NCBI GenBank assembly: GCA_964587045.1 | Contig: CAZPJY010000012.1 | Span: 1 to 47,458, forward strand | Reading direction: 5' to 3' | Origin: an uncultured Methanosarcinales archaeon | GTDB lineage: Archaea; Nanobdellota; Nanobdellia; Woesearchaeales; CAZPJY01 | DNA: 47,458 nt | Part shown: positions 18,598 through 27,442 of the stretch, piece by piece | How positions within the stretch are numbered: the first letter of the stretch is position 1 | How the letters are laid out: each line of letters starts with the position of its first letter | Notes under the pieces: generated by a model | Database searches by the model: none | What the model saw: the letters and a program-made list of their open reading frames with translations, nothing else | Told to the model about the DNA's origin: nothing | Made by a program: the position numbers and the translations under genes

Positions 18598-19158
18598 TTA
18601 TCCCTTGACCTTCTTAATCAGAGCTTCTACGTCCTTGGTTATGTTCTTTGGATCGTTGCCCTTCTTGATTTCGGCGCCGTATTGCTTCTGGAGCGCCTCC
18701 CCGCTGAGGGAGGAGACGAATGATGCGATGTGCTGGCCCCTGACGCGCTCATCGCTCGGCATGACATTCTTTGATACGTTGATTTTAAGGCCTCCATCGA
18801 TGGCTCCCTTTGCCACAGCGTATAATCTCGAGCCGCGGACGGACTGGTTGAGTCCGATGTCGAGGATAAGCTCTCCGGATTTCTTGACCTTGCTTGCGAG
18901 CAGGACCCCTGCGAGATAGGCGGCGGGCATGTTGGAGCAGGAGTGCTTCCATCCGAGCTTCTTGAGCTCATGGGTGGATGCCTGTGCCACTATTTTGTCC
19001 CCTCTCTCGTCGTACCTCACGATCTGGGCATAGGTGTACTTGAGACTCTTCCTTACAACGAGGCGGTCCTGCCTTGACATGAGCAGAGCAATCCTCTTGC
19101 GGTAGTTGGTCTTACCTTCCCGTTTTCTTCGCTTTGGCACTACTTGTACCTTGCTCAT
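18598..19158 (-). CDS. rpl18: 50S ribosomal protein L18 (uL18)
   Basis: RRKREGKTNYRKR, RLVVRKS, NMPAAYLAG, ILDIGL. Confidence 0.97.
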   Translation of the reverse strand: MSKVQVVPKRRKREGKTNYRKRIALLMSRQDRLVVRKSLKYTYAQIVRYDERGDKIVAQASTHELKKLGWKHSCSNMPAAYLAGVLLASKVKKSGELILDIGLNQSVRGSRLYAVAKGAIDGGLKINVSKNVMPSDERVRGQHIASFVSSLSGEALQKQYGAEIKKGNDPKNITKDVEALIKKVKG

Positions 19159-19606
19159 TCTTTTTCACCAAGTTACGTTCAGTAATGTATAGGTTGATGT
19201 GGCGGACGCTCCTGAAGAACCCGCCTTTGGCCTTTAGGTAAAGCAGCCTGAAGGCCTTGTCCGTTATGAGCCCTTTGTCTTTGAGCTGTTTGAGTGTCTT
19301 GCGCTGCAGCCTTATCTTTGCCATCCACATATCTTTTTTGTTGTCCCTTGCGTTGAGTGTGCCTTTCCTTGAGCCGTGGCCCTTCCTCCTGCCCTTCCTC
19401 TTCTGGGACTGGATTTTGTTGGCCCTTCCGCGCGATACGCCCTTCTTGGGAATCTGGGTTATTGCCTTGTCGTCAACCAGGGACTTGATGTCTGCTTTGG
19501 TTATCGACTCCTTTATCTCTTCAAGGCGGGCTGTGTCGAAACGAACCCTCTTTTCGGAGCATCCCATGACGCTCGCTGCAAGTCTCCGTTGTGATGTGAG
19601 TCTCAT
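19112..19606 (-). CDS. rpl19e: 50S ribosomal protein L19e
   Basis: QRRLAASVM, GRRKGHGSRKG, WMAKIR, KAKGGFF. Confidence 0.97.
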   Translation of the reverse strand: MRLTSQRRLAASVMGCSEKRVRFDTARLEEIKESITKADIKSLVDDKAITQIPKKGVSRGRANKIQSQKRKGRRKGHGSRKGTLNARDNKKDMWMAKIRLQRKTLKQLKDKGLITDKAFRLLYLKAKGGFFRSVRHINLYITERNLVKKNEQGTSSAKAKKTGR

Positions 19607-19607
19607 C

Positions 19608-20201
19608 TTATATGGCCCCTGGTTTGGTGAGCAGCTTGTCCTGCTCCTTCTTCTCCTTTTCCTTTCGTTCCTCTTCGTCGACAGGCTGTCCCTCTTCCTT
19701 CTTTACCTTCTCCTCGATTGTCTTGGCCTTCTCTTCTTTTTCTTTCTCTTTCTTCTTCTTCTCTTTGGCCTTCTCTTCCTTCACTTCCTTTTTCTTATCG
19801 AGGCGCGCCTTGATTTCACTCAGGAACTTATTTGGATCTTTCAGGTTGAGTATGGTCAGGTTTTTCTCTATGGCTGAGGTCACTAATGTAACCTTGAGCC
19901 TCGTCCCGACCGTGCTGGAGATGATGGCGCCGTCGGTCTTGGGGTCAAGCAGGTCCAGATCTGCGATGCAGGACACGATGACCTCCCTCTTGCCTGAAGG
20001 ATGGAGATACTTGACCGAGTTTGGAGAGCCCCAACCCTTCTTGATGGTTCTCCTGTAGCCCCTCTTCTGGAGGCGCATCTTGTTATGGAGGCCTTTGGGC
20101 TTCCTCCATTCCTTGCCCACCTCCTTCTTCTTGTGACCATCTGCTCTCATGAACGTGGGCTTCTTTGCCTTCAGTGCTTTGCGTTGGGCTAGTGCGTCCA
20201 T
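19608..20201 (-). CDS. rpl32e: 50S ribosomal protein L32e with a K/E-rich C-terminal tail
   Basis: Start MDALAQRK at 20201. KKPTFMR, WRKPKGLHNKMR, LHPSG. Confidence 0.95.
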   Translation of the reverse strand: MDALAQRKALKAKKPTFMRADGHKKKEVGKEWRKPKGLHNKMRLQKRGYRRTIKKGWGSPNSVKYLHPSGKREVIVSCIADLDLLDPKTDGAIISSTVGTRLKVTLVTSAIEKNLTILNLKDPNKFLSEIKARLDKKKEVKEEKAKEKKKKEKEKEEKAKTIEEKVKKEEGQPVDEEERKEKEKKEQDKLLTKPGAI

Positions 20202-20203
20202 TT

Positions 20204-20752
20204 TTACTTGATCTCCTTGCCGTCCTTGTTGATTATGTAAATGCCGTCTTGGAATATTCTCCTGTCCCTGTTGGTGATGCGGCACAGCTGTTCGATGTCG
20301 CCAGCGACCTGCCCCACGAGTCCCTTATCCACGCCTTCGAGGGCTATCTGGCTCCCGTCGACTTTGGCTTTCACGCCTGTCTTGATTTTCAGCGTCCTAG
20401 GGACTGATTCTCCGAGGAAATTGTTCACTACCAGCTTGTCGCCCGATATGTTAACGTTCATCGGGAAGTGTCCTGAGCAAATCTTGAGCGTATACTTGTG
20501 TCCCTCTGATGCTCCTTTTATCATGTTGGTGGCGTGGGACTTGAAGGTGTAGAGGATCTTCTTCTCTCTTGAAGTCCCGTTCTCGACCGAGAAGTTTATC
20601 TTCCCGTCGGCTATTCTGACCTTGACGTGAGGGTGCGACATGTCCTTGGACACTTCTCCGACCTTTCCCTTGACGGTCAGTGTTCCAGACGCGTAGCTGG
20701 CCTGGACACCTTCTGGGAGTTCTACATCCTCGTTGTATTGTTTATTCCTCAT
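20204..20752 (-). CDS. rpl6: 50S ribosomal protein L6 (uL6)
   Basis: HFPMNV, NNFLGE..PR, RDRRIFQDGIYI. Confidence 0.97.
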   Translation of the reverse strand: MRNKQYNEDVELPEGVQASYASGTLTVKGKVGEVSKDMSHPHVKVRIADGKINFSVENGTSREKKILYTFKSHATNMIKGASEGHKYTLKICSGHFPMNVNISGDKLVVNNFLGESVPRTLKIKTGVKAKVDGSQIALEGVDKGLVGQVAGDIEQLCRITNRDRRIFQDGIYIINKDGKEIK

Positions 20753-20754
20753 TT

Positions 20755-21147
20755 TTAGTAGCAGTATGCGATAAGCTTTCCACCAAGCCCCCTCTTCCTG
20801 GCCTCTTCGTGGGCGAGCATACCCTCAGGGGTTGATATGATGAGCAGGCCGAAGTTCTTGGCAGGCAGGAACCTCTTCTCGTAAAGCTCGTACTCGTCTT
20901 TCTTGACCGAGAAACGTGGCTTGATTGCACCGCACTTGTTTATCTTGCGCAGCAGGTTGACGACCAGCACGCCGCCCTTGTTGTCCCCGATCTCTTCGAA
21001 GGTACCAAGGTATCCTCTCTCGTTGAGCAGTTTTAGCACATTCTTGATTACCTTGGAATTCTGCTTGAGGACACAGGTCTGCTTCCCAACTCTCTCACTA
21101 TTGAGGATGTTGGAGAGGACCGCTGCGAGTGGATCATTCATTGACAT
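20755..21147 (-). CDS. rps8: 30S ribosomal protein S8 (uS8)
   Basis: DPLAAVLSNI, INKCGAIKPRF, IISTPEG, GGKLIAYCY. Confidence 0.97.
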   Translation of the reverse strand: MSMNDPLAAVLSNILNSERVGKQTCVLKQNSKVIKNVLKLLNERGYLGTFEEIGDNKGGVLVVNLLRKINKCGAIKPRFSVKKDEYELYEKRFLPAKNFGLLIISTPEGMLAHEEARKRGLGGKLIAYCY

Positions 21148-21157
21148 GCTTGTTCAC

Positions 21158-21388
21158 CTAGCTGTACTTCTTGAACCCGATTTTGTTTGCGATCTCACGG
21201 AAGCACTGCCTGCAGAGGTTCAGGTGGTACTTGCCTATGTGGCCCCTGATTCTTCCGCATCTAATGCACCTCTTGGTTGCGATGCCATACTTCCTTTCTT
21301 TCGGGGTGTTGTACTTGTTGAATTTCTTGAGGGTTGCAGGTTTGCCCTTGATTTGCTTGAGCACCTTGGTATGATCGCTGTAAGTCAT
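21158..21388 (-). CDS. rps14: 30S ribosomal protein S14 (uS14) with an N-terminal extension
   Basis: [19 protein letters not shown]. Confidence 0.95.
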   Translation of the reverse strand: MTYSDHTKVLKQIKGKPATLKKFNKYNTPKERKYGIATKRCIRCGRIRGHIGKYHLNLCRQCFREIANKIGFKKYS

Positions 21389-21897
21389 TTTGATACGACC
21401 TCAACATTGAACTTGTTCTTCATGAATTCCATAGCATCGTCCTTGGTGATTTCATGCCTGTGGGAGACGGGTACTTTGCCTATCCTGCGTCTCCTGACCC
21501 TGAATCCAGGCCTCTCGAGCGTTACGCAGACCTGGAATCCCATGATGCCGATCTCAGGATCATATTTGGCGTCCTGTACGTCGATGTACTCGTGGATCCC
21601 GAAGGAGATGTTCCCCTTCGAGTCGAACTGCCTTTCGGTTATGCGGTTGTCCTTTGCGGTGAGGAGGGTCTTGAGGATGGATGCGGCCCTGTTCCCCCTC
21701 ATTGTGAGCTTGCAGCCTATGGGCAGCCCAGGTCTCAGACCCCAAGCCGCTATCCTCTTCTGGGTGTGGGTCTGTACGGGAGCGATGCCGGTGAGGTTCT
21801 TGAGGAGCTTGATACCCTTCTTGAGCTTCACCTGGTCCTTGCCTGCACCTACATTCAGGGTGACCTTCTCTATCCGTATCTCTCTCATCTTGTTCAT
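21385..21897 (-). CDS. rpl5: 50S ribosomal protein L5 (uL5)
   Basis: Start [17 protein letters not shown] at 21897. [19 protein letters not shown]. Confidence 0.97.
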   Translation of the reverse strand: MNKMREIRIEKVTLNVGAGKDQVKLKKGIKLLKNLTGIAPVQTHTQKRIAAWGLRPGLPIGCKLTMRGNRAASILKTLLTAKDNRITERQFDSKGNISFGIHEYIDVQDAKYDPEIGIMGFQVCVTLERPGFRVRRRRIGKVPVSHRHEITKDDAMEFMKNKFNVEVVSK

Positions 21898-21898
21898 T

Positions 21899-22576
21899 TT
21901 ATACCGTGATCGTGTCGATGGCAAAAGCGTAAGACCTCATACTCTCGTAAACGGATCCGTCTCCTGCCTTGATAAACACCCTCCTGCCTTGGATGTCTTC
22001 CAGGATTCCCTTCTCACCAATGTGGCTTCCGCCGACCATGTAGACCGAGGCCCCCTTGGTCAGATTGACAGTCTTTTGCACCTCCTGTGTTGGGAGTTTG
22101 AGCAGGAGGGAGTCGCCTGTCGAGTAGGAGTCCTTCTTGACTATGATATTCTTTCCGTCGCTGAGGTTCAGCTGCACTTTCCCGCCCTTCAGGAGCTTTT
22201 TGTCCCTGATCTTGGAGATGGTCAGGTCGACCTCCTTCTTGTCAATTGGGATGAGCATCAACTTGCCCTTCCCTGAGAGCACCATCCGATAGCACTCCCC
22301 AGTCTTCCTGAGCTCGAGCGTATCCATCAACCCCATGCTGTTCTTGAGGTCCCTCACCCGCTTCTGGTTGAGCATCACTTCAGTGTTTAGCAGGATGTTC
22401 CTCGTCTCCCTGTTGCTGGTGGATAATTTAATTACCTCCTTGAATATTGTTGAGATAGGCAAGGAGTGGTGTGCCGGATGCCCTGAAGGGAACGGCCTGG
22501 TGATGAAGGTTAGGCCTTTCCTCTTGATTGGCCACGTCCTGGGTGTGTTGATGCGTTTGAGATGGAACTTAACCAT
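21899..22576 (-). CDS. rps4e: 30S ribosomal protein S4e
   Basis: HLKRINTPRTWPIKRK, QLNLSDGKN, GGSHIG. Confidence 0.95.
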   Translation of the reverse strand: MVKFHLKRINTPRTWPIKRKGLTFITRPFPSGHPAHHSLPISTIFKEVIKLSTSNRETRNILLNTEVMLNQKRVRDLKNSMGLMDTLELRKTGECYRMVLSGKGKLMLIPIDKKEVDLTISKIRDKKLLKGGKVQLNLSDGKNIIVKKDSYSTGDSLLLKLPTQEVQKTVNLTKGASVYMVGGSHIGEKGILEDIQGRRVFIKAGDGSVYESMRSYAFAIDTITV

Positions 22577-22961
22577 TCTTGATACCTCTTTCTAATGATG
22601 CAACCCTTCTCTTGTCTGAAAGGTCCAGGTCTTGGATTAGTACATTGGATGGATTTATTCCGACGGTCCGCTTGGTCCCGTCCTTCTTGATTACCTCCAT
22701 CTTCTGTATGAAAAGGGACCCTCTCCCGAGGTTGACCCTGTCTACCTTTCCTGTCTGTCCCTTGAAGCGGCCGCGCAGCACTTTGACCTTGTCTCCCCTG
22801 CGTATCCTCACTGAGCGGCACTTGTACTTGGTGCGGAGCTCTTTTGAGAGGTGGGCGTGCAGGAACTTCCCCCGCAGGTGCAACGGCGCGTTGTACTGGT
22901 ACTTGCGCTGTTTGCGCGGTTGGGCGCTCGATTTCCACTTGTTTGAAAATGATTTTTCCAT
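22569..22961 (-). CDS. rpl24: 50S ribosomal protein L24 (uL24)
   Basis: Start MEKSFS at 22961. SAQPRKQRK..NAPLH, GDKVKVLRGRFKG (KOW motif). Confidence 0.96.
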   Translation of the reverse strand: MEKSFSNKWKSSAQPRKQRKYQYNAPLHLRGKFLHAHLSKELRTKYKCRSVRIRRGDKVKVLRGRFKGQTGKVDRVNLGRGSLFIQKMEVIKKDGTKRTVGINPSNVLIQDLDLSDKRRVASLERGIKNG

Positions 22962-22966
22962 TGTAA

Positions 22967-23368
22967 TCACAGTATTATGCTTGCGATTTTTGCCACGCCC
23001 GGCCACCTCTCAGCGGCTTCCTTGGCTATCGGGCCCTTGAAAATCGTACCTTTTGGATTGCCTTTGTCGTCCTTGAGCACGACGGCTGCGTTGTCCTCAA
23101 ACTTGACCCTTGTGCCGTCTGCCCGCCTGAACTCTTTCTTTACCCTGACTAGGACGGCGAACACGACCTGCTTCCGCATGTCCGGTTTGCCCTTCTTGAC
23201 AGAAGCCAGGAACAGATCGCCAACGCCTGCGGCGGGTTTCCTTCTCTTCACCGTCTTGGCGCCCTTGACTGATACGATACGGAGAATCTTCGCTCCCGAG
23301 TTGTCGCATGTCGGAACCTCGCTTCCGACATTCACGCTCTTGACGATGCTCGATTTTACGGCTTTCAT
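22967..23368 (-). CDS. rpl14: 50S ribosomal protein L14 (uL14)
   Basis: Start MKAVKS at 23368. CDNSGAK, RVKFEDNAAV, GPIAKEAAERWP. Confidence 0.97.
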   Translation of the reverse strand: MKAVKSSIVKSVNVGSEVPTCDNSGAKILRIVSVKGAKTVKRRKPAAGVGDLFLASVKKGKPDMRKQVVFAVLVRVKKEFRRADGTRVKFEDNAAVVLKDDKGNPKGTIFKGPIAKEAAERWPGVAKIASIIL

Positions 23369-23369
23369 T

Positions 23370-23930
23370 TTATTCCTTCTTTTTCGCTGTCTTCTTCTTG
23401 GCGGGCTTCTTCGCCGCAGGCTTCTTGGGTTGCTTCGGAGCTTCTTCCTTTGTCTCAGACTTCTTGGGTTGCTTCGGAGCTTCTTCCTTTGCCTCAGGCT
23501 TCTTGGGTTGCTTCGGAGCTTCTTCCTTTGCCTCAGGCCCGGCGGGTTTCTCTTCAGGCTTCTCCTCGACTGCTTCAGAGGCAATCTCTTCTTCTGCCAT
23601 CTCGAGGAGGTAGTCCTCGTCTACGCCGATTTTCTTCATAACCACAAAGTGTTTGGTCTTGCTGATTGGCCTGGTCTCCATGATGAGGACCTTGTCGCCT
23701 TCTTTTGCGTCGATGCAGGTAGGGTTCTGCGCCTGCACTCGGGTCCTCCTCTTCTCATAACGGTCATACTTCTTGATGAATCTCCTTCTTTCCCATTCTA
23801 CAATCACCGTCTTGTGGGCTTTATCCGAGACTACGGTGCCCGTAAACTTGCTGCCCCTGACCTTCAGACTGCCGTGATGCGGACAGAGCAGGTCATTGCA
23901 GCTCTTCTTTGGGGTTGATTTGGATGCCAT
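23370..23930 (-). CDS. rps17: 30S ribosomal protein S17 (uS17) with a ~75-aa repetitive C-terminal tail
   Basis: CNDLLCPHHG..VRG, KYDRYEKR, ETRPISKTKHFVV. Confidence 0.96.
   Translation of the reverse strand: MASKSTPKKSCNDLLCPHHGSLKVRGSKFTGTVVSDKAHKTVIVEWERRRFIKKYDRYEKRRTRVQAQNPTCIDAKEGDKVLIMETRPISKTKHFVVMKKIGVDEDYLLEMAEEEIASEAVEEKPEEKPAGPEAKEEAPKQPKKPEAKEEAPKQPKKSETKEEAPKQPKKPAAKKPAKKKTAKKKE
23417..23538. repeat. 39-bp tandem repeat x3 within the rps17 tail (EAKEEAPKQPKKP)
   Basis: Units at 23417, 23456 and 23495, consensus CAGGCTTCTTGGGTTGCTTCGGAGCTTCTTCCTTTGCCT, each with 0-1 mismatch. Confidence 0.95.
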
Positions 23931-23936
23931 CAATTT

Positions 23937-24197
23937 TCACCTTTTGATTCTTTCGTGAGGACGACCGACGAGCAGACGCCCTTCGACGCGGACGTCTTGG
24001 CCCTGGTAAGTCGTTGCGATTGTGATGTTGTTCTTCCAGTATCTCCGTTTCTTTTTTTCTGACGCGATGGTTATAGTGTTCTTGGTCTCATCTACTATCA
24101 TTCCTTTCGCACCGATATCATCAGGATTACGAGAGCCGACAATTTCTGCCGGCAACCCGATGAGCTCATCGCGCAACAGGTCCTTGGTTTTTTTCAC
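23937..24197 (-). CDS. rnp1: Ribonuclease P protein component 1 (Rpp29/POP4)
   Basis: GTG start overlapping the SUI1 stop (GTGA). ELIGL, G.KGMIVDETKNT, LVGRPHERIK; canonical position. Confidence 0.9.
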   Translation of the reverse strand: MKKTKDLLRDELIGLPAEIVGSRNPDDIGAKGMIVDETKNTITIASEKKKRRYWKNNITIATTYQGQDVRVEGRLLVGRPHERIKR

Positions 24198-24502
24198 TTT
24201 ACATCGATTGTTTCGGGTGCGAATCCCAGGGAAACGAGCGCTTGCCTGACCTTCGCGACGTGGTTGCCCTGAAGCTCGATTTTGCCGTCTTTGGCTGTTC
24301 CGCCGCAGGCGAACTTTTCCTTGAGCTTCCTGGCGAGATCCTTGATGTCGATCTCCTTTTCGTCGATGCCTACAATCACGGTGTACGGCTTGCCGAACTT
24401 GCGCTTCTCGAGCGCCGCCGTGATTTTCTGGCTCTCTTTTGCGATGGTCTCGCACACGCATAACTCCTTTGGGAGTCCGCACGTCGAACATATCTCGCTC
24501 AT
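24194..24502 (-). CDS. Translation initiation factor SUI1/aIF1
   Basis: CSTCGLPKELCVCE, LKEKFACGGTAK, IELQGNH. Confidence 0.96.
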   Translation of the reverse strand: MSEICSTCGLPKELCVCETIAKESQKITAALEKRKFGKPYTVIVGIDEKEIDIKDLARKLKEKFACGGTAKDGKIELQGNHVAKVRQALVSLGFAPETIDVK

Positions 24503-24699
24503 AGCGTTTTGGTCTCCTTTTCGTTTATTATCGTATTTATCCGAGCTATGTTCTTCTTTATCTGCTTAATCTGCCCGGGGCTCTTGGGTGTCGTGCCAGT
24601 TGCGACCTGGGCGTTATTCTTCATAAGTTCAATCTTGAGTTCCTTCAGCTTTTCATTGAGGTCTGCAGCGCTCATGGATCTGAGGTCTTTGATTTTCAT
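24499..24699 (-). CDS. rpl29: 50S ribosomal protein L29 (uL29)
   Basis: DLRSMS..LKELKIEL..PGQIKQIKKNIARINT. Confidence 0.95.
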   Translation of the reverse strand: MKIKDLRSMSAADLNEKLKELKIELMKNNAQVATGTTPKSPGQIKQIKKNIARINTIINEKETKTL

Positions 24700-25361
24700 T
24701 TCTTCTCCTCCTTGGGTTTTTTCTCTTTTGGAGGTTTCTCTTCGGTGGTTTCCTCGATCTCACCCTTCGTCGCGAACTCTACCGTGTCGGGCACGACTGT
24801 ATCGGGCGGCATTATCCTGACCTTGATTCCGATGGTTCCTGTCTTGAGCAGGGCCTTTTCCTCGGCGTAGTCGACTCCTTCGAGAGCAGTGTCGCCGCAC
24901 TTCTTGAGGTATCCTTGGTAGAACCTCCAATTCTTGGCTCTCGAGCTGGGGATCTTCCCTGAAATGATTATTTCTATGCCCTTTGCGCCCGCACCCATCA
25001 CATACTGCATGGTCTTGTGGCCTACGCCCTTGAAGCGTGCAGCCCCAAACCTCTCCAATGTGTTGGCGATTCTCTCCGCCACTATGCTTGCATCGAGATC
25101 TATGTTGGCGACCTCATTGAGTTCTATCTGCGGATTCTCAAGTTTGAACTTCTTCTTCAGGGCCGAAGTGAGCTTCTTTATGTTCGCTCCTTTCCTTCCC
25201 ACGACTAGTCCCGGTTTTGATGCGAAGACGACTATCTTCTCTCCCAAGGGCGTTCGCTGGACCTTGGTGTAGCTGTGTCCAGCCCCTTTTAGGTTGCTCT
25301 TCATAAACTCCTGGATTTGGTATTCCTTGAGCTTTTGTGCGACGAATTCACGTTCGATCAT
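24696..25361 (-). CDS. rps3: 30S ribosomal protein S3 (uS3)
   Basis: RTPLG, KPGLVVGRKG, GAKGIEIIISGK, GIKVRIMPP. Confidence 0.97.
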   Translation of the reverse strand: MIEREFVAQKLKEYQIQEFMKSNLKGAGHSYTKVQRTPLGEKIVVFASKPGLVVGRKGANIKKLTSALKKKFKLENPQIELNEVANIDLDASIVAERIANTLERFGAARFKGVGHKTMQYVMGAGAKGIEIIISGKIPSSRAKNWRFYQGYLKKCGDTALEGVDYAEEKALLKTGTIGIKVRIMPPDTVVPDTVEFATKGEIEETTEEKPPKEKKPKEEKK

Positions 25362-26056
25362 TTGGGAGTCTCACCTTGTTTTTCTTTGGGTTCGGTTTTC
25401 TCCTGCGTTGGTTCTTCCTTTGCAGGTTTTGGAGCTTCTTTCTTTTCTGCTTCCTTTGGTTTTGGGGTTTGCTCGGGTTTTGGTTCTTCCTTTGCGGGTT
25501 TTGGAGCTTCTTTCTTTTCTGCTTCCTTCTTAGCAGGTTCCTCCTTTACCAGAGTGGATTCTTTCTTTTCTGGAGCCTTCTTAGGTACCGTTTCCGCTTT
25601 TTTATCCTTGGCAAGCTCCTCCTTCTTTTCGGCCTTTGGCTCCTTCTTCGGTTCCTGTTCCGTGACCTCAATGTCAATGTGGGTCCGCTTCATCTTGCGC
25701 CGGATCTGCCTGCCGTACCTGAACTGGTTGCCTGCCTTGTTGGCCTTGATGAGAGTTATGACAAGACTTGCCGTGTTCAGCCCCTTGTTCTGTGCGTTGG
25801 TCTCCACTGATTTCAGTAGCTTTAGTATCTCCTTTGCCGCCTTGACCGGGAACCTGCCTGGCCCTACCCCCTTTTGATGAGGCAACTCTTGGTTGTATCT
25901 CCTGAAAGGCACGGCTCTATTGAGTGATACTACCTCCTCCAGCATGCGGATTGAGCGTTCCACGGTCCTCCCCCTAATCATGTTGCAGATCTCCACCGAT
26001 TTCTTGGTGGAGATGGGAAGGTCCTTTCCGCTTGCCTTGGCTGTTGTATCGCTCAT
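25358..26056 (-). CDS. rpl22: 50S ribosomal protein L22 (uL22) with a ~100-aa K/E/P tail
   Basis: ISTKKSVEIC..IRG, AVPFRRY, GRFPVKAA, NAQNKGL. Confidence 0.95.
   Translation of the reverse strand: MSDTTAKASGKDLPISTKKSVEICNMIRGRTVERSIRMLEEVVSLNRAVPFRRYNQELPHQKGVGPGRFPVKAAKEILKLLKSVETNAQNKGLNTASLVITLIKANKAGNQFRYGRQIRRKMKRTHIDIEVTEQEPKKEPKAEKKEELAKDKKAETVPKKAPEKKESTLVKEEPAKKEAEKKEAPKPAKEEPKPEQTPKPKEAEKKEAPKPAKEEPTQEKTEPKEKQGETPK
25408..25528. repeat. ~49-bp direct repeat x2 (72-bp period) in the rpl22 tail (KEAEKKEAPKPAKEEP)
   Basis: TTGGTTCTTCCTTTGC(A/G)GGTTTTGGAGCTTCTTTCTTTTCTGCTTCCTT at 25408 and 25480. Confidence 0.9.
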
Positions 26057-26058
26057 GT

Positions 26059-26442
26059 TTACCTCACTGATACGCTCGCGCTCGATCTTGTTGCGCCTAC
26101 TCCTGGAGCGTTGTGCCCGACCTTTTTCCTTGTCACAACGTACTCGCCCAGTCTATGTCCGATCATCTCAGGCTGGATTAGTATAGGTTCGAAGGTCTTG
26201 CCTGAATGAATCTTGATAGTCTTGTCTACCATGGATGGGAGTATTATCATGTCCCTGCAGTGCGTCTTGATATCCTTCCTGCTCTTCTCTATCTTTTTCA
26301 GGAGTATCTTGTGCTGGTCTGTGAGACCCCTCTTGAGGCTTCTCCTCTGGCTGGACGGCAGCAGGTCGGCCAGCTCAGAGATGCTGAGCGTCTTGAGCTC
26401 GTCAAGCGTTTTTCCCTTGTATTGGAACTCCTTCTTTGCCAT
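26059..26442 (-). CDS. rps19: 30S ribosomal protein S19 (uS19)
   Basis: RRSLKRG, KTHCRDMIILP, PEMIGHRLGE, GVGATRSS. Confidence 0.97.
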   Translation of the reverse strand: MAKKEFQYKGKTLDELKTLSISELADLLPSSQRRSLKRGLTDQHKILLKKIEKSRKDIKTHCRDMIILPSMVDKTIKIHSGKTFEPILIQPEMIGHRLGEYVVTRKKVGHNAPGVGATRSSASVSVR

Positions 26443-26447
26443 GGTCT

Positions 26448-27179
26448 TTACCTACTTGAGTTTTTTACCTTTCCGCGGCCAGACTTCCTGGGTCTTATCA
26501 TACCCACTTTCCTTCCTGGAGGTGCGAATTTCGGCGCTGGTCGAGCTTTGGATTTTCGTGAAGTACGCTTGTTTCCGAATGGGTGGTCGACGGCGTTCTG
26601 TGCCGAGCCTGATATCATCGGGTAGCGCTTGTTCTTCGTCCTCTTGATGAAGTGCGCATTGCCTGCCTTGGTAATTGGCTTCTCTGTCCTGCCGCCAGCT
26701 GCTGCGATGCCGATGGTTGCACGGCACCTGCTGGGGAATGACTTGAATTTCTTTGACGGGAATTGGATTACGACCGAGTCCTTCCTCTGGGTCACCACAC
26801 GTGCAGCGAGGCCGCTTGACCTGACGAATTTCCCACCATCGCCTGGCTGCCCCTCAATGTTGTAGACAGGAGTCCCTTCGGGGATGTCCTTGAGGTGGAG
26901 CACGTTGCCTGGCTTGATAGCTGCCCCTGGGCCGACCTCAATAATGTCTCCGACCTTTAGGCCTTCAGGCGCGATGATGAGATGCTCGTTCTCTTTGCCG
27001 GACTTGCTGACCCTGAGCAGGGGGGTGGTATGCATCGGAGAGGTAATTATGCCTACGACCTTCTCCTGTATCATCTCTCCTAGTGGGGAATACTTGCTCG
27101 CTCCCTTGCTCCTATGCTTTGGAGAGCGGTATGACGGGCCGCCTTTTCCCCGTGCCTGTTGGATGAGGTTCTTTCCCAT
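26448..27179 (-). CDS. rpl2: 50S ribosomal protein L2 (uL2)
   Basis: MGKNLIQQARGKG, PGDGGKFVRSSG, GGRTEKP, NAVDHPFG, PPGRKVG. Confidence 0.97.
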   Translation of the reverse strand: MGKNLIQQARGKGGPSYRSPKHRSKGASKYSPLGEMIQEKVVGIITSPMHTTPLLRVSKSGKENEHLIIAPEGLKVGDIIEVGPGAAIKPGNVLHLKDIPEGTPVYNIEGQPGDGGKFVRSSGLAARVVTQRKDSVVIQFPSKKFKSFPSRCRATIGIAAAGGRTEKPITKAGNAHFIKRTKNKRYPMISGSAQNAVDHPFGNKRTSRKSKARPAPKFAPPGRKVGMIRPRKSGRGKVKNSSR

Positions 27180-27181
27180 GC

Positions 27182-27442
27182 TTACATCAGTCCCAGTTGC
27201 GTTGCGATATCAATTGCCGGAGTCTCGTCGGACAGCTTGACGTAGGCCCGCTTCTTGCCGTCGTGGTTGATGAGAGTGTTGACCTTGACTACCTTGACCT
27301 TGAACAGCTTCTCTATCTCGGTTGCTATATCATTCTTGGTCGCGTCCTTGTCAACAATGAAAATCAGCTTGTTGGCCGATTCCATCAGCCTAAGCGACTT
27401 TTCGGTTGAGAGCGGGTATTTTATTATTTCTGACATCTTCAC
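27182..27442 (-). CDS. rpl23: 50S ribosomal protein L23 (uL23)
   Basis: YPLSTEKS, NKLIFIV, KVNTL..GKKRAYVKL. Start is GTG 27442 or ATG 27436. Confidence 0.96.
   Translation of the reverse strand: MKMSEIIKYPLSTEKSLRLMESANKLIFIVDKDATKNDIATEIEKLFKVKVVKVNTLINHDGKKRAYVKLSDETPAIDIATQLGLM

Noticed and set aside
23417..23538. 39-bp repeats as a possible CRISPR array
   Set aside because: Units are contiguous with no spacers, in frame within rps17, and there are no cas genes in the window.
20903..23918. Long plus-strand ORFs (457 aa at 20903-22276, 313 aa at 22977-23918)
   Set aside because: Antisense shadows of conserved r-protein genes; no motifs, and expected from codon bias.
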